This document shows, piece after piece, positions 42,001 through 53,440 of a DNA stretch of 64,000 nt (positions within the stretch are counted from its first letter, which is position 1; every line of letters starts with the position of its first letter). The position numbers and the translations under genes are program-made. The notes under the pieces were generated by a model. That model saw nothing but the letters and a program-made list of their open reading frames with translations. It searched no databases and was not told the origin of the DNA. The stretch comes from Chrysomallon squamiferum (Eukaryota; Animalia; Mollusca): contig CM022678.1 in the NCBI GenBank assembly GCA_012295275.1, forward strand, positions 13,702,001 through 13,766,000, given 5' to 3'.

Positions 42001-45000
42001 GAATCAAGTCCACCTGTGATGCTGTTTACAGGGTTGATAGATCAGATAGAGAGAAACAAGCAGGAGAAAATGGACATCTTGGAGATGTGTTATACACAGC
42101 ACAAAGATTTGTCTGTATCATGGCCATACTCACTGCAGCTTGCTAACAAGTAAATAAATTTTCACTTCAATACTTTTCTTTTACACATACCAAGATGTAG
42201 ATGATAAAAATATGGCTATGTTTCAATAAGGATCTTATAACCTCATAACAATATTTTATCTTATTTTGAACATACTATGAATCATTGTCTATGAATTAGA
42301 TAACTTTTTCATACAATTAAGAAAAGAATTAGTGATATCTAACAGTAAAAAAGATGCAAACAGACTGATTTACTTGCAGGGAATCAGAAATATCATCTAT
42401 TTCTCCAGTAACCAAGACAGTTAGTTCTAAAGAAGATGTAGAACAACCCAGCATAGATCTGAGTGTTCAACTCACAGAGTACAAACCTGGCTGCAGCACA
42501 CTCTTAGTGGACATCTGTCCTTGGTGTCTCCTGACAAATCAGAGTGGAATTGACCTGGTTGTCATGACAGCTGACAAGAAGCAGTATTGTATTCCATATG
42601 GCAAAACACAAGCTCCACCTCATTTTAATGTAAGTAGAACTTTTTATAAATTTTGCTAAAATGTATTATTATATTGTTATGATTATGTTTGTATAATATA
42701 CCTACCTAGACACAGACACACAAAAAATATGACAATAAAGAGAGAACATTGATTTTTCAGGATAACCTGTTTTACATTGGCTACTATGATGGAGACACTG
42801 TAATGACTTCAGGTCCCATTCCTCTCTCTGATGAGTTGGTTTCCTCCAAGAGATACAACAATGACATAGGTCGTATTTTATTTGTCGATGGCTATGTTCA
42901 CACTGTCATTTGCTTATCAGAGAAAGAAACAAAGGTAATTATATCTATTCATGTACACATAAATGCACACAAACACAGGCACACATGCAACACATACATA
43001 TGCATAACACAGACATACACAGTCTGTAAAATAATGGTTTCTTTTTTGTTTCTGTTTTATTTTATTTTTTATTTTATTTTTAGGCTATTTTCTTGACAGT
43101 TTGTTCTGAAATTCAGCAGGGACTGCGAGTGATCACTCTAAGAGAAAGATTTGCTATCACCAACTTGACCCCTTCCCTGTTTGAAACTCGATTGTTAGCT
43201 TTGCCAGTTGGCAGTCAAAAAACAACCATGTCTGAACAATTTATAGGCAACCACTACAGAAATGAAGAAATCCCTTCTCATAGACATCTCTCTAAATCAG
43301 AAGAAAATGTCAAGCCTCTTCTGTTCTGGAAGGTAGTACCTGTTGCCAAACATCCAGAGACTGAAGATGATCAAAGAGACATCTTTGTTTACCATCTGTC
43401 TTTCAAATTCAAAAACAGTTGTCATGATACACCAGAACATTTGTTGTGGTCTCTTCCACTCAGACTTTCAGCCAATCGGGAGGGAATAAGACTGACTCTT
43501 TCTGTGCCTGCTATAAAGAATGGACTGGTTCATGGGCAGCCATATTGCATAACAAGCAGCACAGATAATGGAGTTACCTACCTTGTTGTTTCTAAAGATA
43601 GAGCTCCGCAGTGTTTTGTGCACAACAAGTGTAACTTTCCTGTGTTGTTTGGACAAGCTTTGATGAACATCTCTCTATCAGGTTTCTGTGTTACTTTATG
43701 TTAAAAAAAACTAAATTAGGACTTTTACTATTACTTTTTTTTTTAAATAAAATATTTCTAAGAACTAACAAAGTAAAATGTTGGAAATAAAGATGACTTG
43801 TAAATATTTTTGAGTGTGTACACTTTCTGGCTCTGTATAGTTAATATATATGAAACAATTTTACAATAACCATTAACACTTCTCCCTAAATTCTATAATT
43901 AATGTTTTAATTTTTCAACAGGCACTGTCATTCAGGAAGAGGCAGAATTGGTTGCTGAGTTACCAACCTTGCCACCAGGTGGCTCATTTCCTTACACAAT
44001 GCCATATTTTAACAGTCAGTTTCCAGCAGCAAGTGTCAGCATGCTTCCCAGAATGCACTTCTGTACTCTAGTCGAGAAAGATGAAATGATCACAAAATCA
44101 GCCTGGAGTGCAGGTGTTGATATCACTTCATCCAATGACACGTTTGTCAAAATACCAAATGTTGTAGATGTGAAAGTGTCAGTGAAAATGGTTTCCATGA
44201 TTACACACATCACAATTACTCCGATAGGCAAGGCCGAAGTTTCAGCAAGAGAAATTCGCAGTCGTATTGAAGGAGCTGAGACAAAAATAATGCCATTTGC
44301 TAAACATGATGATGCCTTGCCATTGTCAATGGAGTTGGAAGGAAGTACAAATGCTCTGTTGTCATTAATGAACGAAACAGAAACAAGTCGGACTTCAAGG
44401 CCCGTTATATCTGCAGGTTTCTTCTTGAAACAGCTTTCAATTGTTTTGTTAAATGAGACAGGTTCTGAGAAGAAAGTTTCAGAAATTTTGCGTTTTACAT
44501 CAGATCAGGTTTTCATTTCACTCTTTCCTGTTACTAGCTCCAGCCAGGAGGAAGTTGGGAAATCAAGTCTGAGTGTCAGTGTAGGGGACATACAGATAGA
44601 TAACCAGATGTATGGACATGGACAGTTTGACTTTCCTGTTTTATTGCTACAACAGCAGCAAGACAAACCTAGAGCATCTAGTTATGATGACATGAATTTG
44701 GAAGATTTGTCCGTGACACAGAGACATGCTGTTTTAAGACAGTCAAGTTTTCTACATGCTCAAATAGTTTTAGCCTTTGGTGAAACAACAGTTACTGAAT
44801 CTATTGACATTGCATTAAAGCCACTTTCTCTTTACATAGATGACAATTTCCTATACAGGTTAATGAGAGAGGTGAAAAGTTTCATTCCCTTGAAGCTGAG
44901 CTGTGATTCAAATCAGCCAAGCAGGATAAAGCAGCTGCCTCTACCTATCAGGATAACAGCCCTGTCTCTTAGTCAGCCAATCAGAATTCATTACCTGTGT

Positions 45001-48000
45001 ATCCAGCCTGTGAGCATGTTACTGAGTATTCATGCATCTGTGAAAATGTTTTTAGCATCAGATAGGACTCCACTTTCATTTGCAAAGTTTGAGCGAAACA
45101 GTTTGTGTACAACAAGCCATCACCTTGGCCATGCTTTAGCCATGCACTATCTATCAGGAGCCATATTCAGAGCAGGTAAAAAAAAAAAAAACCTGAAACC
45201 TATGCATAATAAATTATAATTAGCTGCAAACAAAAGTAGATAAGTAGATGAAGAGATGCAAACAGAATGACAGTAAGTGCAATAATTTGGAGATGGAGGG
45301 TGTCAAAATGATGAGAGAAAGCATGTGTTAGAGTTTCTAAGATATGTCTTGGGATTAATTTTCAGAGCTCAAGCAGTCCTCCCTCCATGACATGATTATG
45401 ATGACTTGTTTGCAGCCATATTTTTATTTTTTGAAACTTTCATAAGTTCCCTTGCTACTAAATAAAACTTTACTTTATTCCTTTTTTCTATGTTTTTTAT
45501 TTTTCAGGAATTGTTGTTGGTTCTCTGGAGATTTTAGGAAATCCAACAGGGTTAATCAGGTCAATAGGAACTGGTGTGGCAGATATGTTCAGACTTCCAT
45601 ATGCAGGCTTGATTCGAGGCCCTGGAGCCTTCATCAGCGGAATTTCATATGGAATGGGATCTTTGTTTAAACATATTTCAGCAGGTTATTATTTACTTTG
45701 GTTTTTATTATAATTAGTATTATTGTCTGTTTTTGATGTTAGATAAATAAACATTTTTATAGTACAACTGTACAGCTAATAGTAATAATATCAGTTTTAT
45801 TTTTTGCAAAAATGTTTTCTATATAAAATAATGAATGAATTTTAATCTGTACAGGTACAATAACATCAGTCACTAATTTTGCATCTAGTGTTTCTCGAAA
45901 CATGGATCGTTTATCTCTGGATCCAGACCATCTTGAACGTCAGGAGGAAAATCGTAGAAACAGACCAGTAGGCATTTCAGATGGTCTCAAGCAAGGCCTG
46001 TCTGGGTTCGGACTCAGTCTGCTGGGTAGTACTTTTTTTTATCCCTGAATATATGGTTGTTGTCTTTTCATAATATGGTAATTGCTTGTAATAGGTGGAG
46101 ATTTTTTCTGTTTTTTTTGTTTTATTTTCTGTTAAAACTAAAGCAAATCATGTTTCCATTCTTATTTCATAACATATTGCAAGGCGTATACAGTAGTACC
46201 TCACTTAACAATCTCCAATTTAACAATATTCCACTTTAATGATTATTTGTTTTTACAAAGTACATAAACAGAAATTTAATAGTTAATTGCTCAAAATAAA
46301 TGGTACAAATGGATACAATGCATGTGTTTAAGTCCATTTGTCTTTCATTCATTTTTCGTTCAGTCACGTGCTAAAGCTTCCCTCAGCTGTGTAGATCAGT
46401 TGACATGCAGATGTCATACGTGCAAAATTCTCTCTTCTCTTCTGCTTCCATTTAGAATTTATGCTTTTGTAATTTACCCTTCCAATATATCAAAACAAAT
46501 AGCTAGTACACCAATGAATGCAGATGATAAAAAGATATGAAAGACAATAACTTTAGAATACCTTAAATGAACACAAAACCCACAATGAGCAACATATAAT
46601 TATTTCTTAATCTATTTGTATAAATTGAATTGTAAATGATTTACTGTTTGTTTAATATCTATGATCTATTAAATCATTTATGTCTAAATTGTGGTTATAT
46701 TTCTCCTTATTTAACTATTTTTATTTTTTATGTCAGATCTATTAGTGAGAACACAACCACTGTTTTCACTCTGAATTCGGTGCAAATTAGTCTTCTGCTT
46801 AATGATACCTCACTTAACAAATAGAAATTTTGAACCAATTAAACAGTTAAAACTGATATAAATTGCTTTTTAACATTGAGAAATTTAATCTGTGTATATT
46901 TTATCTTTACCAGTTCAAATATGAAATAATATAATTAAACCATTATAATTACAAATTAATCTTTTAGGGGCTGTGGCTGGTTTGGCTGATCAGCCAATAA
47001 AAAATGTTATTTCAAATGAATCCGAGACAGAGCATGCAGTATCACGGTCGAGGGCAGCCACTGGATTAGTGACTGGCATGGGGAAAGGTTTGGTTGGTAT
47101 GGTAACAAAACCTATAGGTGGTGCAGCAGAGTTTGTCTCCCAGACAGGACAAGGTGAATTTTATTTAAATAACGATAGTTACAAATTATCTTGTTCAAAC
47201 AGTATAACGAGTTCCTAACATTTTCAGAATCATAATACATATGTGTGTTTCTAGTGTGTACTGTGAGTGGATGTTTATAAGTTTGTTACATACTGAAGAA
47301 TCTGTGTGTGTGTAGAGGTAAGCAGTAACAACAACAATAATAAATATACCTTTTTATACAAACACAGACACAGACTTTTGTAACATTAAATCATTAAAAC
47401 ATAAGCTTTATTTTTTTTAAATTAAATTAACAGTAACTTTATTATTTCTGTTATTAGGAATACTACATGGAACAGGTCTTGGAATGTTACCTGAACGACG
47501 TCAGACACCACTTACACGCAGTCATTCAGACAACAGAAATTCTGTATTGAAGTTCTCACTGTAAGTGTATTCACGTCAAACAAATTCAGTCTATTGCTTA
47601 ACACTCTCTCATACTCATTGCCTATGTCATATTTACTTGGATTTTTCTCCCTTCTCTTTCTGATTGAAATATGTTGTTATTAAGAATATATCCATTGTAT
47701 CACATTGATTAAATACAAACCATACTCAGTTGTGGAAACATAAAATATTTCAGCAAAATGCTAAACTCTTTGCCATCGACTGATCTTCTGCTTGCTGTAG
47801 AGGCTACTCACTTGGATCTTGTGGGTCAAGAAGTTCAGGTGGTTCTGTTGCTGAGTACAGAGATCCTGTTTGTTATCAACTGTGAGGAGGATGCCCAGCA
47901 ACAAGTGTTTGCTGTTCAGGAACTGGAGATCAAAGTTAATCCAAACACCAACAATGTAATTACTGTGACTTGGCCGGACCAAACGCATAGCAAAGTGAGA

Positions 48001-49235
48001 GAAGTATGTTTACATGTGTTATTTATCTAGCAAAGTGAGAGAAGTATGTTTACATGTGTTATTTATCTAGCAAAGTCAGAGAAGTATGTTTACATGATGT
48101 GTTATTTATCTAGCAAAGTGAGAGAAGTATGTTTACATATGTTATTTATCTAGCAAAGTGAGAGAAGTGTGTTTACATGATGTGTTATTTATCTAGCAAA
48201 GTGAGAGAAGTATGTTTACATGTGCTATTTATCTAGCAAAGTGAGAGAAGTGTGTTTACATGTTATTTATCTAGTAAAGTCAGAGAAGTGTGTTTACATG
48301 ATGTGTTATTTATCTAGTAAAGTCAGAGAAGTGTGTTTACATGATGTGTTATTTATCTAGCAAAGTGAGAGAAGTGTGTTTACACGTGTTATTTATCTAG
48401 CAAAGTGAGAGAAGTATGTTTACATGTGTTATTTAGCAAAGTGAGAGAAGTTTGTTTACGTGTTATTTATCTAGCAAAGTCAGAGAAGTGTGTTTACATG
48501 TGTTATTTATCTAGCAAAGTGAGAGAAGTATGTTTACATGTGTTATTTATCTAGCAAAGTGAGAGAAGTATGTTTACATGTGTTATTTATCTAGCAAAGT
48601 CAGAGAAGTGTTTACATGTGTTATTTATCTAGCAAAGTGAGAGAAGTGTGTTTACATGATGTGTTATTTATCTAGCAAAGTGAGAGAAGTATGTTTATGT
48701 GATGTTTTTTTTATACAGCAGAGTGAAAGGTGTGTTTTCATGATGTGTTATTTATATAACAAAGTGGGAAAAGTATTCAAGGGTCAATGAACATTTCTGA
48801 CAACTGACAGTTTGAATTAAAAATTGCATGTGAATCTCCACAGTATATCAGGATTGAAGGTGCATGATGTTTCACTGAAGATTGTAATAAAAAAAGCTTG
48901 CCACATTTAGTGACATTGCTTGATGTAATAGTGAAAGAATTTTATTTGAGGAAATAATCTGTCACTGCTTAAAACATGATAATTTTATTTTTCAGAAAGA
49001 AAATTCCAGCAAGGATAGGATAACTGCCTTTATTGACTCCACCTTTACACTGGCTCAACCAATCAAAGAAGACAAACATTCCACTGAAAGCCAGTCAGAA
49101 ACAGTAAACTGTGATGTCAATCAAATAACTGCTCCTCGGTATGAGTTTAAACTGGACCCTAATATTCTCTGTGTTTTTGTATCTGCTTTTAATTTTGCTA
49201 AAAACAGACTTGTTGGCAGAGGATTTCCAGTATAG
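18372..49235 (+). CDS. VPS13B: VPS13B (COH1) bridge-like lipid transfer protein, complete, 48 coding exons, about 11985 nt / 3994 aa
   Basis: Chorein N-terminus (MFKIESYITPLLMGYVNKYV...LSLWGGDAVLNNLDL), GWASWAWSYVP, QPHADNPL, C-terminal VVGSLEILGNPTGLIRSIG, GKGLVGMVTKPIGGAAE, end RGFPV*. Phase-consistent exons: 18372-19299, 19586-19782, 20761-20970, 21323-21554, 22172-22357, 22715-22893, 24606-24785, 25357-25481, 25801-25979, 26344-26493, 26719-26868, 27075-27254, 27453-27634, 27908-28130, 28467-28684, 28913-29252, 29569-29683, 29982-30838, 31043-31157, 31391-31505, 31672-32422, 32879-33019, 33493-33666, 34153-34290, 34568-34969, 35417-35586, 35975-36174, 36556-36734, 36973-37109, 38564-38674, 38969-39070, 39357-39449, 39573-39650, 40113-40265, 40715-40993, 41145-41228, 41425-41600, 41988-42149, 42380-42629, 42761-42934, 43084-43681, 43922-45175, 45508-45684, 45855-46025, 46968-47153, 47458-47560, 47754-47994, 48996-49235. 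Confidence 0.96.
19988..20014. repeat. (CT)n microsatellite
   Basis: About 13 CT units. Confidence 0.9.
20101..20523 (-). mobile_element. Tc1/mariner-superfamily transposon 5' remnant (transposase N-terminal HTH fragment), in the VPS13B intron 19783-20760
   Basis: Minus strand from 20256 reads MMALSKEERIELVLLSGREGWSYHKVAEEFNLRHPSRQPI, resembling mariner-like transposase N-termini. A possible terminus TA|CAGGTTTATT lies at 20525-20514. No partner TIR was found, so the boundaries are approximate. Confidence 0.6.
37282..37437. repeat. Recent tandem duplication, about 73 bp x2, in a VPS13B intron
   Basis: AATGTTTTATTAGTCATAAGAAAA.ATAAAAGTAATAAAAATTTAATATTTTTATAAAGTAAAGTGCTTTAAA occurs twice nearly identically, followed by a 10-nt partial third copy. 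Confidence 0.92.
46191..46820. mobile_element. Possible degenerate pogo/Tigger-type MITE remnant in the VPS13B intron 46026-46967
   Basis: TA|CAGTAGTACCTCACTTAAC at 46189-46209 resembles the TIR at 970. TACCTCACTTAACAA recurs in direct orientation at about 46806-46820. No inverted partner was seen. Confidence 0.3.
47988..48770 (+). repeat. Minisatellite, about 40-bp unit, 18 good copies plus about 2 degenerate, beginning inside VPS13B exon 47
   Basis: Consensus TAGCAAAGTGAGAGAAGTATGTTTACATGTGTTATTTATC. Units start at 47988, 48028, 48068, 48111, 48151, 48194, 48234, 48272, 48315, 48358, 48398, 48434, 48472, 48512, 48552, 48592, 48630 and 48673, with 36-43 bp length variants. Confidence 0.97.
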
Positions 49236-52173
49236 TTTGTTTTACTATGAGCTTGTGGGTAAGGGGTTGAGGTCTTGATGTTTATAACTGTGCAGACCTA
49301 AGGTTAAAAGAAAGGAGCGACTCTGCATGACCTACTACATCATTATGAATCTTTATGGTATATCATATACTTTTTTTAAATTGTGTTAAATAGAAAATCT
49401 TGATTTAGTAATGGGCAATTTATTAATTTTGGTAATATTTGTATTTTTCTTAATCCTGGTGTAAGGGCATCAATTAAATTTGCATTTTATAACATTTCTG
49501 TTTTATTCCAGCATGTATGTGATTAGGTTTTCAAAATTAATACTGGTTGCCTAAGATTTTAGGTTGTGTGAAAGATAAAGTAAGTGATTTATTTGAAATA
49601 CAAATTAAAACTACATATAATTATATTTCAGTTCTGTTTTATTCAGTATTTTGAATGGTTTAATAAAGTGAATGTATTTTCTGTTCTTGAAAAAACTGAT
49701 GTAACATATTTTGATTAAATGTGAATTATGGAATAGAGTACACTTAAATATATAGACTGAACTACACAACAGATCTATTCTGTTCATTCCATTCAGTTTA
49801 TAAGCTGATTTAATCAAAGTTAGTGTACATAAAATTCTTGCAAGAATGTAAATGATGGATCATGGTACTTGCAGTTCAGGGAAGGTTTATTGGTGTTTCT
49901 GGGCTTACATAAAATGAACATAAAGAAGAGGACATTTTTCCTATTGTAGTATTTATTTATGAAGATGATCATTATTACGTGATGGTAATTTTGTTTCTAT
50001 TTTTAACAATTTAATTTAGTTATTTAATCAAGTGTAACATATTAAAATATAGAAACAAAAAAAATAATAATACATTTTAATATTGGGTCTGCTAAGTTAT
50101 CATAATTAATTTATTTATCATGCTATTTGTATGTGTGTGTGCATGTGCATGGCAAAGTTAGCAGTTAAGTTAAACTGAATTAGCCAGATTCTAAATTATT
50201 CCAATTTTTTATGAGTTAAAGTTCAAAGAAATTTGTTATGAAAACAAAAAATTAAAAATAGCAAAAACTATAAATCAGTTATCCCTTTTTTATTAAAGAT
50301 AATTAAATTAAATATTTTAAAAGAATCAGTTTTGAGCTTTTGATTTGATGGCGAGGATGAACATTTTGCATCAGAATTTTTTTTTTTTTTTACTTAAATC
50401 CTAATATGGCATTTGGGTTTTTGTTAATGTATTTTAGGAAGTTTAATTTTATTTAAACTGATTTTATTTTGTTTTGTGAGATGATTAGTGTTTATATTTT
50501 TGTTCTTTAGAAAGCAATTTCCTATGGATTTTCTTCTTCAAAAAAAGATTATTATATGTAAAATAATTTATTAAACAGTGTATGCCAAGTGGTTAATAAA
50601 TATATCTTGGAATGTATAAAATTGAATTTATATTATTTATTACATATTTACTAAACTTTAAACTGAACAATAAAGAATAAATGTTTAATTTTTAATAATG
50701 AAAAATCATTGAAAATATTTGTGAACCATGTAGACAGTAAAAGAAAACTTGCTGCTCTATGGCCTACTCTCTTCCATTCATAAGCAGGGTATCATTTATA
50801 TTCAGGAAAATATGGCAAAAGGGCTTTGGTATTATCTGGCTATTTTCAGATATATTTTAAAAGCTAATGGATTTTACTGGGGTTTTTAAAAATAGAGTTA
50901 AACTAAAGAAAAAAAAAATTATTCTATCAAATTCCAGCAGAGTATTCAAAACAAATTTTATTAAGGCAATCTTGTGATCTGATATACACTTCATTTTGTT
51001 TATCATTGAAGCTTGACATTGTTTCAGTGGAGATAATAAAGAAAATGCAACAGGTTAACATAATTAAAAAAATATAATTTCTTTCTAGCCCAGTGGGTAA
51101 ACTTTGCTATTTGCTTTGTAGTTGTGTGTTGAATGAAAATAAAAATCTGTGTTAGTTAATGAATGGCATATTACTGAATAGTTTTAATAAACAAAGTATG
51201 TTAAAACAGTACAGCGACAGAATATTGGTTATAGTTAATGGAAAAAAGGGGTTGACATAAAATGCAAAAGGGATGTAAATTAATGAAAATGTATTTCCAG
51301 ATATCACTGCTCTCGGTAGCTGACAAGATTACAAATACATTAAAGGTGTTGTCTGAACAAAACAAATACCTGTCATTTTGCAAGTTAAATGGCAACAAAA
51401 AAGAATGGTACAAAAACTAAAACATGTATATATGTATTATTAATTATTTGTGTGTGCATGCACATGCGCACACCCACACCCACACACATGAAATGGTCAG
51501 GCAAGCTAACTAAACAAATAATAAAATAACATCAAAAATAACTTTATTGATATCGATTATAACTGGAATATTTAAATGCAGACACTACATTCTGCTTTAA
51601 TCTCCTAATAAAAACATAAACTTTTAACAATGAACACACAGATACCATAGCAGCCTTCTTCAAACTGACTTTGTATCCAGTCTAAATTTTGAGAACATTT
51701 TCTTCTTTTACATTGAATTAATTATTCAATTAATTTTCCTCTAAGTCAGTTTCAAAATGTTTACTTTCAATTTTGCACAGATTCTGAATGAAACTGTAAT
51801 TATTTTTCAATACTCAGTACATTCAGTTATTTGTAAATGTGTTTCCTTTAAAAATGAAAAAGCATTTAACATGAATTTACACCAAAATTATTTTTCTAAC
51901 ATTAGCAAAATTCCTTCTACATTATAAAAAAATTATTAAAAAAATTAAAACCGTATTTTTGTACAGTATTCATCCAAGATGTAGAAGTTGCAGGACAAAT
52001 TGAACGTGATGAGAAACAGCTCTTCAAATTATACAAATATACATTTTTAAACCTTTATTAGTAAATGTATATCTGTAACTACAAATCAAAGTAACATTTT
52101 TTATGTCAGGGTGGTTTTGTTTTTTTTTAAATTAAAAATATAAAAAAGAATAAATCCCACATCTCCAGGTTTG

Positions 52174-53278
52174 TTAAGATTTTTTAGTATATCTGTTTTT
52201 CTGTTTCCACAATTTAATCATTTTAATAATAGGTTCAGCTACAGCGAGTGGTTTCTTGTACAGCATGTGGTGATCAGCACCATTGATGACAATGTGTTGG
52301 GATCCAGGCAAATATTTACTGATAAGAAATCTTTCTGATTTAGCCCAGGCCTGTGAAGTAAATAAACAGGAATTAGCATTTTTAAAAACCAGAGTAAAAT
52401 AGTACATGTTTATGTATTTATAATGATTAGTACAAGTGAGGGAAATTTTAAAATCTGATACAGAAATTCAGACAAAAAGAATTAACACTTACCTGACACC
52501 AACATAAAATACAGTGATATATGTAGATATATGTATTTTTACATATAAACCTTTTTTTTTAAATTTCAAACAGATATTTATAACTAAATTTTGTAACCCC
52601 ACTTCCACAGAGCTATTTATGTACATCTGATTCAGTACACAATAAAAAATTATAAGCTAATTTAAATGTATTCTTTCTTCAGTAAACTTTTAATTACCTT
52701 GTTTAATGAACTTGGCATTTGTTCATCGTAATAGTTACCTGTTACCAAGGTAACAGAGATGTTGGCAGGCAATGATCTTAGTGTTCTCATTGTTCTAAAA
52801 TTAAAGATTAAATATCATCAAAAATTAATGTAGAATATGTTTTGTTACATCATAAGAAAATAAAAATATAAAAATATACACTCATATTAACTTTAAGGAT
52901 GATTAATTCTTTTGATACTGAGTGGCAACAATGATAGATATTTTTTTTTTTTTTAAAGTCAAGCTGTTTGTATTTTGTTTAGTGTGTATGTGTGTTTTTG
53001 TTAATTTTATTTGAAACATATTGAATGAAAAGTTAAAAATAAACTTTGGCTTATCAGTGTCCACCTTCACATGAATTTCTAAAATATATGTATCTATTTA
53101 TTAGAAGTAAATGTAATTTTGTCTACCTAGCTGTATTACTTTTAATTTTGTTTTGTTTTTGTTTACCTCATTTGTGAAAATGTTTCATTAATGAAATGGT
53201 GTTCATCTACAACAGAACTGAGATGTCGGGGATTGCACATTAAATATTTCTGAAAGGAAACAGTATTTAATTATATAT

Positions 53279-53312
<34 letters not shown>

Positions 53313-53393
53313 CTATAGCACGTTATTCTTAGTGACATGAAATGATTACTAATTTGTTACATGTAGAGAACTGGTGTGAGATGATTATAATTT

Positions 53394-53440
<47 letters not shown>

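Noticed and set aside
47988-48770. Regularly spaced repeats of about 40 bp as a CRISPR array (also 54338-55020)
   Set aside because: Units are head-to-tail with no unique spacers, there are no cas genes, and they lie in eukaryotic introns. They are minisatellites.
49236-52173. Short ORFs (49611-49817, 51201-51413) between the convergent VPS13B and hydrolase stops
   Set aside because: AT-rich 3' UTR or intergenic DNA with chance ORFs. AATAAA hexamers are too frequent here to call poly(A) sites.
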